Assembly: GCA_026990035.1 (NCBI GenBank) | Contig: JALSIM010000015.1 | Coordinates: 5,132-69,131 of the forward strand | Length of the DNA stretch: 64,000 nucleotides | Direction of reading: 5' to 3' | From: Alphaproteobacteria bacterium | GTDB taxonomy: Bacteria; Pseudomonadota; Alphaproteobacteria; Geminicoccales; Geminicoccaceae | Shown here: positions 1 to 8,807 of the stretch, piece by piece | How positions within the stretch are numbered: position 1 is the first letter of the stretch | Layout: the number at the start of each line of letters is the position of its first letter | Notes under the pieces: model-generated | The model's database searches: none | The model's input: the letters and a program-made list of their open reading frames with translations, nothing else | What the model was told of the DNA's origin: nothing | Translations under genes and position numbers: made by a program

Positions 1-1
1 G

Positions 2-1216
2 GCAGCTCGCTCGGCTTCTCGGGCTGAGACGGGAGGGTCCCGCACGGCCACCCCCCGGCCGGCGCGACCCTCCCGTGGGACAGCGATAGCCGGCCGGAAC
101 CGGACGGTTCCGGCCGGTCGTCTCGTTCCCCTCGGCGACGGCGCCGTTCTGGCGCTCCCCGACAGCGGTCGCGTCGCCGTTCTCAATCCTGCGGCACGCT
201 TCGCCTGCGAGGCCCTGGTCGGGGGCCGCCCGTTTTCCGAGGTGGTGGGCGCCTACGCCCGACGCTTCGGCATCCCGATCTCGCGCGCGGAGCGGGATCT
301 CCGCGACCTCCGTCGCGGTCTGCGGAGCCTCGCCCGGGAACCGTCGCCGGCACAGGCGGAACCCGCCGGGCCCGCGGCCGATGCCCCCGCCGATCTCCGG
401 GACGACTACGCACCGGGCCCACGGCCGGTGCGCCTGACGATCCACGGCAGTCCCCGCCTCGCCCGGCTGCTCCGACACCTCCTCGAACCGGCCCGGTCCG
501 CCGGTTCCGCCCGCGTCCGACTGACCGTGACCCGCCACCGGCGCTACTACGACATCCGCCGAGACGGAACCCTGCTCACCCGCACCGACGATCTTCTCCT
601 CGCCCGCAGCGAAACCCTGCGGCATCTCCTGCTGTCGAGCCACGGAAGAAGGCGCTGGCTGGCGTTTCTGCACGGCGCCGCGGTCGCCGGGAACGGCAGC
701 GCCTGGTTGATCGCCGGCAGCAGCGGTTCCGGAAAGAGCACCCTGGCGGCGAGCCTGCTGCGGGGAGGTTTTTCACTGGTCACCGACGACTATGCGCCCC
801 TCGAGGCCGGTTCCGGCCTCCTCTATCGGGTGCCTTTCGCCATGGGTGTCAAGGACGCCAGCATCGCGCTCCTGCGCGATCTGCTGCCGGCCCTGGAAAA
901 ACGTGGCCCCCGGGTGCGGTTCCGCAACCGGGAGGTCCGTTACGTGGCGCCGCCGATGGCCGCGGCCGACCGGCTGCCGGTGGCCGGCCTTCTGTTTCCT
1001 CTCCACGATCCGAGGAGCCGGCCTTCCCTGGCGCCGCTCGCGCCCGAGCAGGCCTTCACACTCTGCGCCCAGGGCGGCGGCTGGTTCGAAGGCTCGCCGC
1101 GGCGGCTCGCCGAACTGGTCTCGTGGTTCCGGCGCAAGCCCGCCTGGCTGGTGACCTATCCCGACAGCCGTTCGGCCCTCGATCTCCTCCTCCCGTTGCT
1201 GGAACGGAAATCTTGA
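2..1216 (+). CDS. PqqD-like (RiPP recognition element) domain fused in frame to an HPr-kinase/phosphorylase-like P-loop kinase domain; the 5' end is not found inside the window
   Basis: The frame is open from base 2, with no ATG/GTG/TTG before the PqqD-like segment. That segment reads LVPLGDGAVLALPDSGRVAVLNPAARFACEALVGGRPFSEVVGAYARRFGIPISRAERDLRDLRRGL. A Pro/Ala linker follows, then Walker A GSSGSGKST followed by LLRGGFSLVTDD, as in the HprK C-terminal domain. Confidence 0.7.
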   Translation, partial: AARSASRAETGGSRTATPRPARPSRGTAIAGRNRTVPAGRLVPLGDGAVLALPDSGRVAVLNPAARFACEALVGGRPFSEVVGAYARRFGIPISRAERDLRDLRRGLRSLAREPSPAQAEPAGPAADAPADLRDDYAPGPRPVRLTIHGSPRLARLLRHLLEPARSAGSARVRLTVTRHRRYYDIRRDGTLLTRTDDLLLARSETLRHLLLSSHGRRRWLAFLHGAAVAGNGSAWLIAGSSGSGKSTLAASLLRGGFSLVTDDYAPLEAGSGLLYRVPFAMGVKDASIALLRDLLPALEKRGPRVRFRNREVRYVAPPMAAADRLPVAGLLFPLHDPRSRPSLAPLAPEQAFTLCAQGGGWFEGSPRRLAELVSWFRRKPAWLVTYPDSRSALDLLLPLLERKS

Positions 1217-2322
1217 CCCGATCCCGGAAGGACGGCTTCGCGCTCCTCTGCCGTCTCCTCGACGCCGCCCTTCTTCGGGCCCATGGAGAGGACCCCGTCG
1301 CGACGGTGGAGCTGCCCCGGCGGATCGACTGGCGGGCCGTGATCGGGATCTCCGGCACCAACCTCGTCACCCCGCTGCTCGGGCACGCCCTCGAAACGCT
1401 GCGTTTGCTGGACACGCTCGAGGAAGAGCCTCGCCGCTATTTCCGCGCGATGACGGACGCCGCCCGCGACCGGAACCGGATCCTGCGGCGGGATCTTCTC
1501 CGGATTGCCGTCGCCATGGAGCGGGCCGGGATTCCGCTCCTCCCTCTCAAGGGCGCCATCCGCCTCCTCGACGGGCTGTACGCGGACGATGCTTGGCGCT
1601 TCATGCACGACCTCGACCTTCTGGTTCCGGCCGATCGGCTGGCGGCCGCGGCCCGCGTCCTCCGAGAGGGGGGCTGGCGCGACCTCGAGGACGAGCCCTG
1701 CCGTTTCGCCCCCCATCTGCCGCCGATGGTCCATCCGGACAGCGGAGCGGTGCTCGAGCTCCACGAGCGGCCGGTGCCGGCCTGGCTGGAGCACATGCTG
1801 CCGGCGGCTTCCCTCTTCGCACGAGCGCGCCCGTTACGTGTCGAGGGTACGACCCTGCTGCTGCCCGATCCCGCCGACCAGCTCCTCCATCTGGTGATCC
1901 ACGGCCAGCTCATGCACGGCCATCTCTACACCGGCCGCCTGCTGCTGCGGGATCTCGTCGAGCTCGTGCGGCTGACCCAGCGGCACGGGAAGGGCATGGC
2001 CGAGGAGGTTCTGCGGCGGCTCGAAACCGCGGGTCACCGGCTGGCCGGTGAAGTCGCCATGGCGACGGCCCGTGCGACCCTGCCGAGCGCCGCCGCCCCG
2101 CTGCCGGCAGCCCGGCCCGCGGCCCGCCTTCTCGCGTCGAAAGCGATCATCCAGCAGCACTCCGGGTTGCTCATGGCGACCCTGGCGCCGGTCGGTGCCG
2201 TGCTCCGCGAACGGCGGGCACACGCCCGTTCGACCGGCCTGCTGCGCCGGCTCGCCGATGCCGGCTACCGGCGCGAGCTCCGGGCGCAATGGCGCGCCTT
2301 CCGTCGCAAGACGAGCTGGTAG
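1213..2322 (+). CDS. Nucleotidyltransferase-family protein (resembles the uncharacterised NTP_transf_5 / PF14907 type)
   Basis: About 369 aa if it starts at TTG 1213, which overlaps the upstream TGA at 1214-1216. The track ORF begins at 1123. It contains FMHDLDLLVPADR (a DxD-type motif) and has high GC3. Confidence 0.55.
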   Translation: MTRSRKDGFALLCRLLDAALLRAHGEDPVATVELPRRIDWRAVIGISGTNLVTPLLGHALETLRLLDTLEEEPRRYFRAMTDAARDRNRILRRDLLRIAVAMERAGIPLLPLKGAIRLLDGLYADDAWRFMHDLDLLVPADRLAAAARVLREGGWRDLEDEPCRFAPHLPPMVHPDSGAVLELHERPVPAWLEHMLPAASLFARARPLRVEGTTLLLPDPADQLLHLVIHGQLMHGHLYTGRLLLRDLVELVRLTQRHGKGMAEEVLRRLETAGHRLAGEVAMATARATLPSAAAPLPAARPAARLLASKAIIQQHSGLLMATLAPVGAVLRERRAHARSTGLLRRLADAGYRRELRAQWRAFRRKTSW

Positions 2323-2362
2323 GCGATCCGCGGCCGATACCCCGCGTTGCCCTGCCGCCTCG

Positions 2363-3085
2363 TCACACCCCCGCGATCGTCCGCAGCGCCTCGCGATTCG
2401 GGATGTAGACCCGCGAGGTCCCGTCGAGGGCGATGGCCCCGAGACGGCGCATCGTGGAGAGCGTGCGACTGACCGTCTCGATCGTCAGCCCCAGATAATC
2501 GGCGATGTCGCTCCGGCTCATCAGGAGATCGACGGGCTCGGCATTGCCGCGTCGCTGCCGGTCGGCGATGGTGAGCAGGAAGGTCGCGAGTCTTTCGCGC
2601 GCCGTCTTCCGACCGAGCAGCAGCATCTGCTCCTGGGCCGCCGCGAGTTCGCTCGATGCCCGGCCGAGCAGATTGCGCTCGAGATGGGGCATCTCCTCCA
2701 GGAGCCGCAGGAACGCGGTTCGTCGAAACCTGCACAGTCGCACCGGCGTCACCGCCTCGGCCGAGTAGACATAGGTCCGACCGAAGGCGAGCCCGAGAAA
2801 GTCGCCGGCCATCAGGAAGCCGGTGATCTGCCGGCGCCCGTCCTGCAGCAACTTGTAGAGCTTGATCATCCCCTCGGTGAGGCTGAACATCTCCTCCGCC
2901 GGCTCACCTTCGTGGAACAGCGTCTGCCCGGCTTCCAGCCGGGCGGTGGTGGCCGCCGCCGAAAAGCGCTTCAGCTCCTCCTCGTCGAGCACGGAGCACA
3001 CGGCCAGATCGCGCGCGTCACAAGCATCGCACGGCACTCCCGCACCGCAACATACCGTCGTCATCGCAGGACCACTCTGTCCCAT
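2363..3085 (-). CDS. fnrL: Crp/Fnr-family transcription factor, FNR/FnrL type with an N-terminal Cys cluster
   Basis: N-terminal CCGAGVPCDACDARDLAVC, a cNMP-binding-like core, and a C-terminal HTH SRSDIADYLGLTIETVSRTLSTMRRLGAI. The start is taken at MGQSGPAMTT; the track ORF extends to 3184. Confidence 0.85.
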   Translation of the reverse strand: MGQSGPAMTTVCCGAGVPCDACDARDLAVCSVLDEEELKRFSAAATTARLEAGQTLFHEGEPAEEMFSLTEGMIKLYKLLQDGRRQITGFLMAGDFLGLAFGRTYVYSAEAVTPVRLCRFRRTAFLRLLEEMPHLERNLLGRASSELAAAQEQMLLLGRKTARERLATFLLTIADRQRRGNAEPVDLLMSRSDIADYLGLTIETVSRTLSTMRRLGAIALDGTSRVYIPNREALRTIAGV

Positions 3086-3189
3086 CGCCGATGCCTCACC
3101 ACCGAGCGGGCGCCGCTCGCACACTGCGGCCACCGGACAGCGACCGCGGCCATGCACTCCCCCGACGAACATGATCATAGGCACGAAAC

Positions 3190-3203
3190 TTGATGTGGGT
3201 CAA
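3190..3203. promoter_or_regulatory. Candidate FNR/FixK box TTGAT-GTGG-GTCAA
   Basis: Read directly from the sequence. It has one mismatch to the TTGAT-N4-ATCAA consensus. It lies in the divergent region between fnrL and the 3275 ORF. Confidence 0.5.
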
Positions 3204-3274
3204 TGAGACCCATCGGCGCGCTCCTAGCTTCGGTGGTCATCTGTCCATCATCATTGGATGCCGCAGTCCCCGAG

Positions 3275-3772
3275 ATGCCGAAATGGAGCTGGGTACGGCT
3301 CGGCGCGAAGGATCTTGCGATGATCTGGCCGCTCGTTTCGGTGGGCGACGAAGATCTCTCGCGCGAAACCTGGCAACGGGCGACGGCGGGCTGGCTCGAG
3401 AAAAAGGACCGTGGGGTGGTCGCCATCCGCGTCGCCGGGGGGCCCGCCCTCGCCGCGTTCCAGTTCGCGGCCGAGGGGCCGGAGGGATGCGCTCCCTGCT
3501 GCTTCATCGTGCGGCTGTGGGTGGTGGAGCCGGGCCTGCCGGGACGGAGCCTGCGCGCCTGTCTCGCCATGGCCCGGAACTTCGCACGCGCCCACGCGTT
3601 TCACGGCGTGTTCCTGGAACGGGCGGCGGTCGACCCGCATCTCGATGATCGACACGTCGATCGCTGCGCCGGCCATTGCGGCTATCTGAGCTGCCGCGAG
3701 GGGTGGTACGCACCCCCGACCGGCATCCACGATGTCGTGACACTGCCGCGCCGTCGCGCGGGGCAGGATTAG
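3275..3772 (+). CDS. Hypothetical Cys-rich protein, weakly GNAT-like
   Basis: High GC3 in this frame. FIVRLWVVEPGLPGRSLRACLAMARNFA resembles GNAT motif A. Cys motifs are GCAPCC and RCAGHCGYLSC. The start was moved from 3203 to MPKWSW because 3203 sits inside the FNR box. Confidence 0.35.
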   Translation: MPKWSWVRLGAKDLAMIWPLVSVGDEDLSRETWQRATAGWLEKKDRGVVAIRVAGGPALAAFQFAAEGPEGCAPCCFIVRLWVVEPGLPGRSLRACLAMARNFARAHAFHGVFLERAAVDPHLDDRHVDRCAGHCGYLSCREGWYAPPTGIHDVVTLPRRRAGQD

Positions 3773-4674
3773 TTCCGCAACTCGAGCCCCGCCGGGCCGA
3801 GCCCGGCGACCACCGCCTCGCGGGCCATGCGGGCATGATCGAAGGGATTGGCCTTGGCCGGATCCTGCTCGGCCTCGACGACCAGCCATCCACCATAGCC
3901 GCCCTCACCCAGGATTCGCAGGAAGGAATCGAAATCGATCGCTCCCTCGGGATCGCCGGGCACGGTGAACACGCCCCCGACGACGCCCTGGAGGAAGCTC
4001 CAGTCCTCCTCGCGCAGCCGCTTCAGCACCCGAGGACGGATGTTCTTGAGATGTACATGGGTGATCCGGTCCCGCCAACGCCTCGTCGTCGCCTCGATGT
4101 TGCCGCCGGCGAACAGCAGATGACCGGTATCCAGCAGCAGTCCCACCGCCTCGCCGGTACGGCGCATCAGGAGATCGATCTCGGCTTCGCTTTCGACCAC
4201 CGTCCCCATGTGGTGATGGAAGGCCATCGGGCATCCCTCGGCGGCCAACCATTCGGCGAGGGCGGTGAGCTTCTCACCGTAAGGTGCGAACTCGGCTTCG
4301 GGCATGACCGGACGTGCGCTCACCGGTGTGTCCATGCTTCCCTGCACGGTGCCGGTGGTCTCGGCGTAGACGACCACGCTCGCGCCCGACTCGCACAGCA
4401 GGTGCAGATGATCGCCGATCCGCCGCTTTTCCTCCTCGAGGGAACGCGCCCGGAGTTCGCCCGAGAACCAGCCACCGACGAGCGTCAGCCCGTAACGCTC
4501 CAGAAGCGGTCGGAGAACCGCCGGATCGTTCGGGAACTTTCCTCCCTTCTCGATGCCGCTGTAACCCGCAAGTCGCGCCTCGGCGAGGCATTGCTCGAGC
4601 GGAATGTGACCGCCGAGTTCGGGCAGATCGTCGTTGGACCAGCCGATCGGATTGATCCCCAGCCGCACCGCCAT
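3769..4674 (-). CDS. iolE: Myo-inosose-2 dehydratase (xylose-isomerase-like TIM barrel)
   Basis: Starts MAVRLGINPIGWSNDDLPELGG, typical of IolE. An AAGGGAGAA RBS lies upstream. It sits immediately downstream of iolD. Confidence 0.85.
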   Translation of the reverse strand: MAVRLGINPIGWSNDDLPELGGHIPLEQCLAEARLAGYSGIEKGGKFPNDPAVLRPLLERYGLTLVGGWFSGELRARSLEEEKRRIGDHLHLLCESGASVVVYAETTGTVQGSMDTPVSARPVMPEAEFAPYGEKLTALAEWLAAEGCPMAFHHHMGTVVESEAEIDLLMRRTGEAVGLLLDTGHLLFAGGNIEATTRRWRDRITHVHLKNIRPRVLKRLREEDWSFLQGVVGGVFTVPGDPEGAIDFDSFLRILGEGGYGGWLVVEAEQDPAKANPFDHARMAREAVVAGLGPAGLELRN

Positions 4675-4688
4675 CGCGGCTTCTCCCT

Positions 4689-6533
4689 TCAGATCCCGAG
4701 ACGCTGACGTCGTTTGCCCTCGAGATGTTCCTCGAAGGCCCGGCGTACGCTGTCGCGGACACTGATGCCGGGGGTTCCCGTTTCCCACCAGGCCCCGTTG
4801 CCTTCCGTCCAGTCGCGGGGATCGACGCGGATGTGGATGACGGTCGTGCGGTCGGCGGCCTTGGCGCGGCGAAACGCTTCCTCGAATTCGCCGATCCCAC
4901 GGACGGTGATGCCGATCGCCCCCATCGCCTCGGCGTGTCCGGCGAAATCCACCGGGACCAGCTCACGGATGCGGCAGTCCTCGAGCTGGTTGTTGAAGCT
5001 CGGAATGCCCTTCGCCCGCTGCAATCGGTCGATCACCGCGAAGCCGCCGTTGTCGCAGACGACGACGATCAGTTTCATGCCGGTGAGCACCGAACTGTAG
5101 ATGTCGGAGTTCATCATCAGATAGCTGCCGTCGCCGAGCATGGTGATCACCTCGCGGTCGGGATCGGCCATCTTGGCCCCCCAGGCGCCGGAGATCTCGT
5201 AGCCCATGCAGGAAAAGCCGAACTCGCAGTCGAAGGTGTCGGTCGCCCTGGCCCGCCAGTTCATGCAGAGCTCGCCGGGGAGACCGCCGGCCGCCGTCAG
5301 CACCAGATCTCGCTCGTCGCAGAGCCGGTTGACCGCGCCGACGACGTGCGAATAGGCGGGGAGTTCGGCGTTGGTGGGGGCCGTACGCCGGTCGACGAAG
5401 GCGTTCCAGGCCGCATACTCTTCGACTCCGCGGCGTACCCACTCCTGCGGCGCCCGCCAGTCGCCGAGCGCTTCCGAGAGCTCGCCGAGCACCACCAGCG
5501 CATCGCCCACGACCGGCTGGGCGCGATGTTTGCGGGCGTCGAAGCGGGCGGCGTTGATACCGATGAAACGGGCATCCTCGGCGAACAGCGACCAGGAGCC
5601 GGTGACGAAGTCCTGGAGCCGGGTGCCGACGGCGAGGACGACATCCGCTTCGGCGGCGAGATTGTTGGCGCTCGCCGAGCCCAGGATGCCGATCGGTCCC
5701 ACGTTGCCCGGATGGTCGTGCGGCAGCACCGTCCGCCCGGCCACGGTTTCCGCGACCGGAACCGCGTGGCGCATGGCGAACCTCGCCAGTTCCATTTCCG
5801 CTTCCGAGTACCGTACGCCGCCACCGGCGATCAGCAGCGGACGACGGGCCTGCTTCAGAAGCTCGGCCGCGGCGCGGAGCTGCCGGTGATCGGGCCGTGG
5901 GCGCGACGGCTCGTGCAGAACCGGTTCGAAGAAGCGCCGAGGATATTCGAACACCTCGCCCTGGGCATCCTGACAGAGACCGAGAAAGGCCGGTCCGCAG
6001 TCGGCCGGATCGAGCATGGTGGCCACCGCCTGCGGCAGGGATTCGACGATCTGCTCCGGTCGGCTGATACGGTCCCAGTAGCGGACGACCGCCTTGAAGG
6101 CGTCGTTGACGCTGATCGTGGGATCACCGAAATGCTCCACCTGCTGCAACACCGGATCGGGCGCGCGGCTGGCGAAATAGTCGCCCGCCAGCAACAGTAC
6201 CGGCAGCCGGTTGGTGTGCCCGACGCCGGCGGCGGTGACCATGTTCGCCGCGCCGGGACCGATCGAGGAGGTCGCCACCATGATCTGCCGGCGCTTCTTC
6301 GCCTTGGCGAAGCCCAGCGCGGCCAGCGCCATTCCCTGCTCGTTCTGCCCGCGCCAGGTCGGGAATTCGGCCTTCACCGCCTCCAGCGCCTCGGAGAGGC
6401 AGGTCACGTTGCCGTGGCCGAAGATCGCGAACACCCCCGGGAAAAGAGGCACCTCCTCTTCCCCGATTCGGGTTCGCTGTGCCATCAAGTAGCGCACCAG
6501 CGCCTGCGCCATGGTCAGCCGGACGGTCTTCAT
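4689..6533 (-). CDS. iolD: 3D-(3,5/4)-trihydroxycyclohexane-1,2-dione acylhydrolase (ThDP enzyme)
   Basis: 614 aa, starts MKTVRLTMAQALVRYL, has a ThDP-binding GDGSYLM..N motif, and lies next to iolE. Confidence 0.9.
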   Translation of the reverse strand: MKTVRLTMAQALVRYLMAQRTRIGEEEVPLFPGVFAIFGHGNVTCLSEALEAVKAEFPTWRGQNEQGMALAALGFAKAKKRRQIMVATSSIGPGAANMVTAAGVGHTNRLPVLLLAGDYFASRAPDPVLQQVEHFGDPTISVNDAFKAVVRYWDRISRPEQIVESLPQAVATMLDPADCGPAFLGLCQDAQGEVFEYPRRFFEPVLHEPSRPRPDHRQLRAAAELLKQARRPLLIAGGGVRYSEAEMELARFAMRHAVPVAETVAGRTVLPHDHPGNVGPIGILGSASANNLAAEADVVLAVGTRLQDFVTGSWSLFAEDARFIGINAARFDARKHRAQPVVGDALVVLGELSEALGDWRAPQEWVRRGVEEYAAWNAFVDRRTAPTNAELPAYSHVVGAVNRLCDERDLVLTAAGGLPGELCMNWRARATDTFDCEFGFSCMGYEISGAWGAKMADPDREVITMLGDGSYLMMNSDIYSSVLTGMKLIVVVCDNGGFAVIDRLQRAKGIPSFNNQLEDCRIRELVPVDFAGHAEAMGAIGITVRGIGEFEEAFRRAKAADRTTVIHIRVDPRDWTEGNGAWWETGTPGISVRDSVRRAFEEHLEGKRRQRLGI

Positions 6534-6712
6534 GGGATCCCTCTTCTCGCTGGCGACCCGCGCGAAGTCGGGCAGCGCCTCCCCCGACGGAGACCCATCC
6601 TAGCGCCGCGACCGCCGGCGGGAAAGCGGAAAATGAAACGCCAATTCCAAATTATTCAGATCGTGAAACATACCGTCCACGAGCCACCGGCTCCGAAGGC
6701 GGGCGAGCGCGC

Positions 6713-7639
6713 ATGATCGTACGTCGTCACGGCCCCGGGCGCACCGCGGACACCCGCGGCACCGACCGCCGGCTGATCTGGGCGGTGGTCGTCAATCTCC
6801 TGCTGACGGTGGCCCAGGTAGCCGGCGGCGTGCTGGCCGGGAGCCTCGCCCTGATCGCCGACGCGGTCCACAATCTGAGCGACGCCCTCTCCCTGGCGAT
6901 CGCTCTCTTCGCCCGCCGGATCGCCCGCCGTCCCGCCCATCCCGGGATGACCTTCGGCTACCGGCGAGCCGAGATCGTCGCCGCTCTGATCAATCTGACG
7001 ACCCTCGTCGTGATCGGCCTCTATCTGATGTCCGAAGGCATCGCCCGGCTGTTCGCTCCGATCCCGGTGGACGGCTGGCTGATCGTGATCATCGCCGGGG
7101 TGGCTCTGGTCATCGATCTGGCCACCGTCGCCCTGACCTTCCGTCCGGCTCGCGGCAGCATGAACATCCGCGCCGCATTTCTGCACAATCTCGCCGATGC
7201 TCTGGGTTCGGTCGCGGTGATCGTCGCCGGTGCGGCGATCCTTCTCTACGGCTGGACCATCGTCGATCCGCTGGTCACCCTCGCCATCGCCGGCTACGTG
7301 CTTTGGCACGCGTTCCGGGAAATCGGACCGGCCATGCGTATCCTCATGGAGGCTGTGCCTCCCGGCCTCGATGTCGCGGAGATCGCCGCTGCCCTGTCGG
7401 AGATCGAGGGGGTGACGGATGTCCATCATCTCCACGTCTGGTCCTTCGACGAGCACGAATACGCGATGGAAGCCCACATCCTCCTCGAGGAGGCGGACCT
7501 CGACCGCATCCGAACCGTCAAGAAGGAAGCCCGACGCCGGCTCGCGGAGCGCTTCTCGATCCGCCATGCGAGCCTCGAGATCGAGTTCGCCGACGAACAT
7601 TGCCCGGAGCGCGAAAAACGGCTGGTTGCGCCCCACTGA
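6713..7639 (+). CDS. Cation diffusion facilitator (CzcD/ZitB-like) metal efflux transporter
   Basis: Shows LIADAVHNLSDA and HNLADALGS motifs, six predicted TM segments and a C-terminal cytoplasmic domain. ATG at 6713. Confidence 0.85.
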   Translation: MIVRRHGPGRTADTRGTDRRLIWAVVVNLLLTVAQVAGGVLAGSLALIADAVHNLSDALSLAIALFARRIARRPAHPGMTFGYRRAEIVAALINLTTLVVIGLYLMSEGIARLFAPIPVDGWLIVIIAGVALVIDLATVALTFRPARGSMNIRAAFLHNLADALGSVAVIVAGAAILLYGWTIVDPLVTLAIAGYVLWHAFREIGPAMRILMEAVPPGLDVAEIAAALSEIEGVTDVHHLHVWSFDEHEYAMEAHILLEEADLDRIRTVKKEARRRLAERFSIRHASLEIEFADEHCPEREKRLVAPH

Positions 7640-7690
7640 GCCACGCTAAGACGCGGCCGGTCCTGGTGCGAGGGAGGGAGATTCCGAGAG

Positions 7691-8692
7691 ATGGTCCGTT
7701 TCGCCCTGTTCGGTGCCGGCCGCATCGGCCGCATGCACGCCGACAACATCGCCGTCCATCCGCACGCCCGGCTGGTCGCCGTCTACGACGTCCTGCGCCC
7801 CGCCGCCGAGGCGGTGGCCGAGAAACACGGCGCCCGCACCGCCACCGGCGTCGAGGAGATTCTCGAAGATCCGGAGGTCGACGCCGTTCTGATCGCCTCC
7901 TCCACCGACACCCATGTCGATCTGATCACCCGCGCCGCCAAGGCGGAAAAGGCGGTGCTCTGCGAAAAACCGATCGATCTCGACCGCGAGCGTGTCGATG
8001 CCTGCTGGGAGGAGATCGCCCCCCTCGAACCCTTCGTCCAGATCGGCTTCAACCGCCGCTTCGACCCCTCCTTCGCCCGCCTGCACCGGAGCCTGCGCGA
8101 AGGCGAACTCGGGGGGCTGCGCCAGCTCCTGATCACCAGCCGCGATCCCGACATCCCCTCGCGCGAATACATGGAGGTCGCGGGCGGGCTGCTGCGCGAC
8201 ATGACCATCCACGACTTCGACATGGCCCGCTTCCTGCTGCCCGAGGAGCCGGTGGAGGTGAGCTGCTTCGCCGCCGCCCTGATCGACCCGGTGGTGGCCG
8301 AGCTCGGCGATCACGACACCGCGATGGTGCTGCTGCGCACCGAGAGTGGCATCCAGGTCTGCATCAACAACTACCGCCGCGCGGTCTACGGCTACGATCA
8401 GCGCATCGAGGCGATGTGCGAGGGGGGAGCGATCCTCGCCGACAACATGCGCCCGACCACTCTCGAGCGCTGGACGGCGGCCCACACCGAGGCCCGCGAC
8501 CCGCTCCTGCACTTCTTCGTCGAGCGCTATCGCGAGGCCTATGTCCGCGAGCTCGACGCCTTCATCGAGGCGCTGGAGGAAAAGCGCGAGCCGCCGGTAA
8601 CCTTCGAGGATGGCCGCCGCGCCCTGATCCTCGCCGATGCGGCCTACGAATCGCTGCGCAGCGGCCAGACGGTCACCGTCGACTACGACTGA
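7691..8692 (+). CDS. iolG: Inositol 2-dehydrogenase (Gfo/Idh/MocA family)
   Basis: Starts MVRFALFGAGRIGRMHADNI and contains the EKP motif (CEKPIDLD). Its context is the iol genes. Confidence 0.8.
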   Translation: MVRFALFGAGRIGRMHADNIAVHPHARLVAVYDVLRPAAEAVAEKHGARTATGVEEILEDPEVDAVLIASSTDTHVDLITRAAKAEKAVLCEKPIDLDRERVDACWEEIAPLEPFVQIGFNRRFDPSFARLHRSLREGELGGLRQLLITSRDPDIPSREYMEVAGGLLRDMTIHDFDMARFLLPEEPVEVSCFAAALIDPVVAELGDHDTAMVLLRTESGIQVCINNYRRAVYGYDQRIEAMCEGGAILADNMRPTTLERWTAAHTEARDPLLHFFVERYREAYVRELDAFIEALEEKREPPVTFEDGRRALILADAAYESLRSGQTVTVDYD

Positions 8693-8807
8693 GCCCCTCC
8701 GCCGCGCCCACCGCGAATGCTTCCGACGCCGCGGCGTGCCGCGGACAGCTTTCCGCAGCAGGGCCCCTGTGCCATTTTCATCCCGGCAGCCAGTCGGAGA
8801 GAGCATC

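Noticed and set aside
1081-1092. GGTTCGAA-type strings resembling a tRNA T-arm. They also occur near 17235 and 30925.
   Set aside because: All lie inside well-supported coding regions and lack a surrounding cloverleaf. No tRNA gene is supported.
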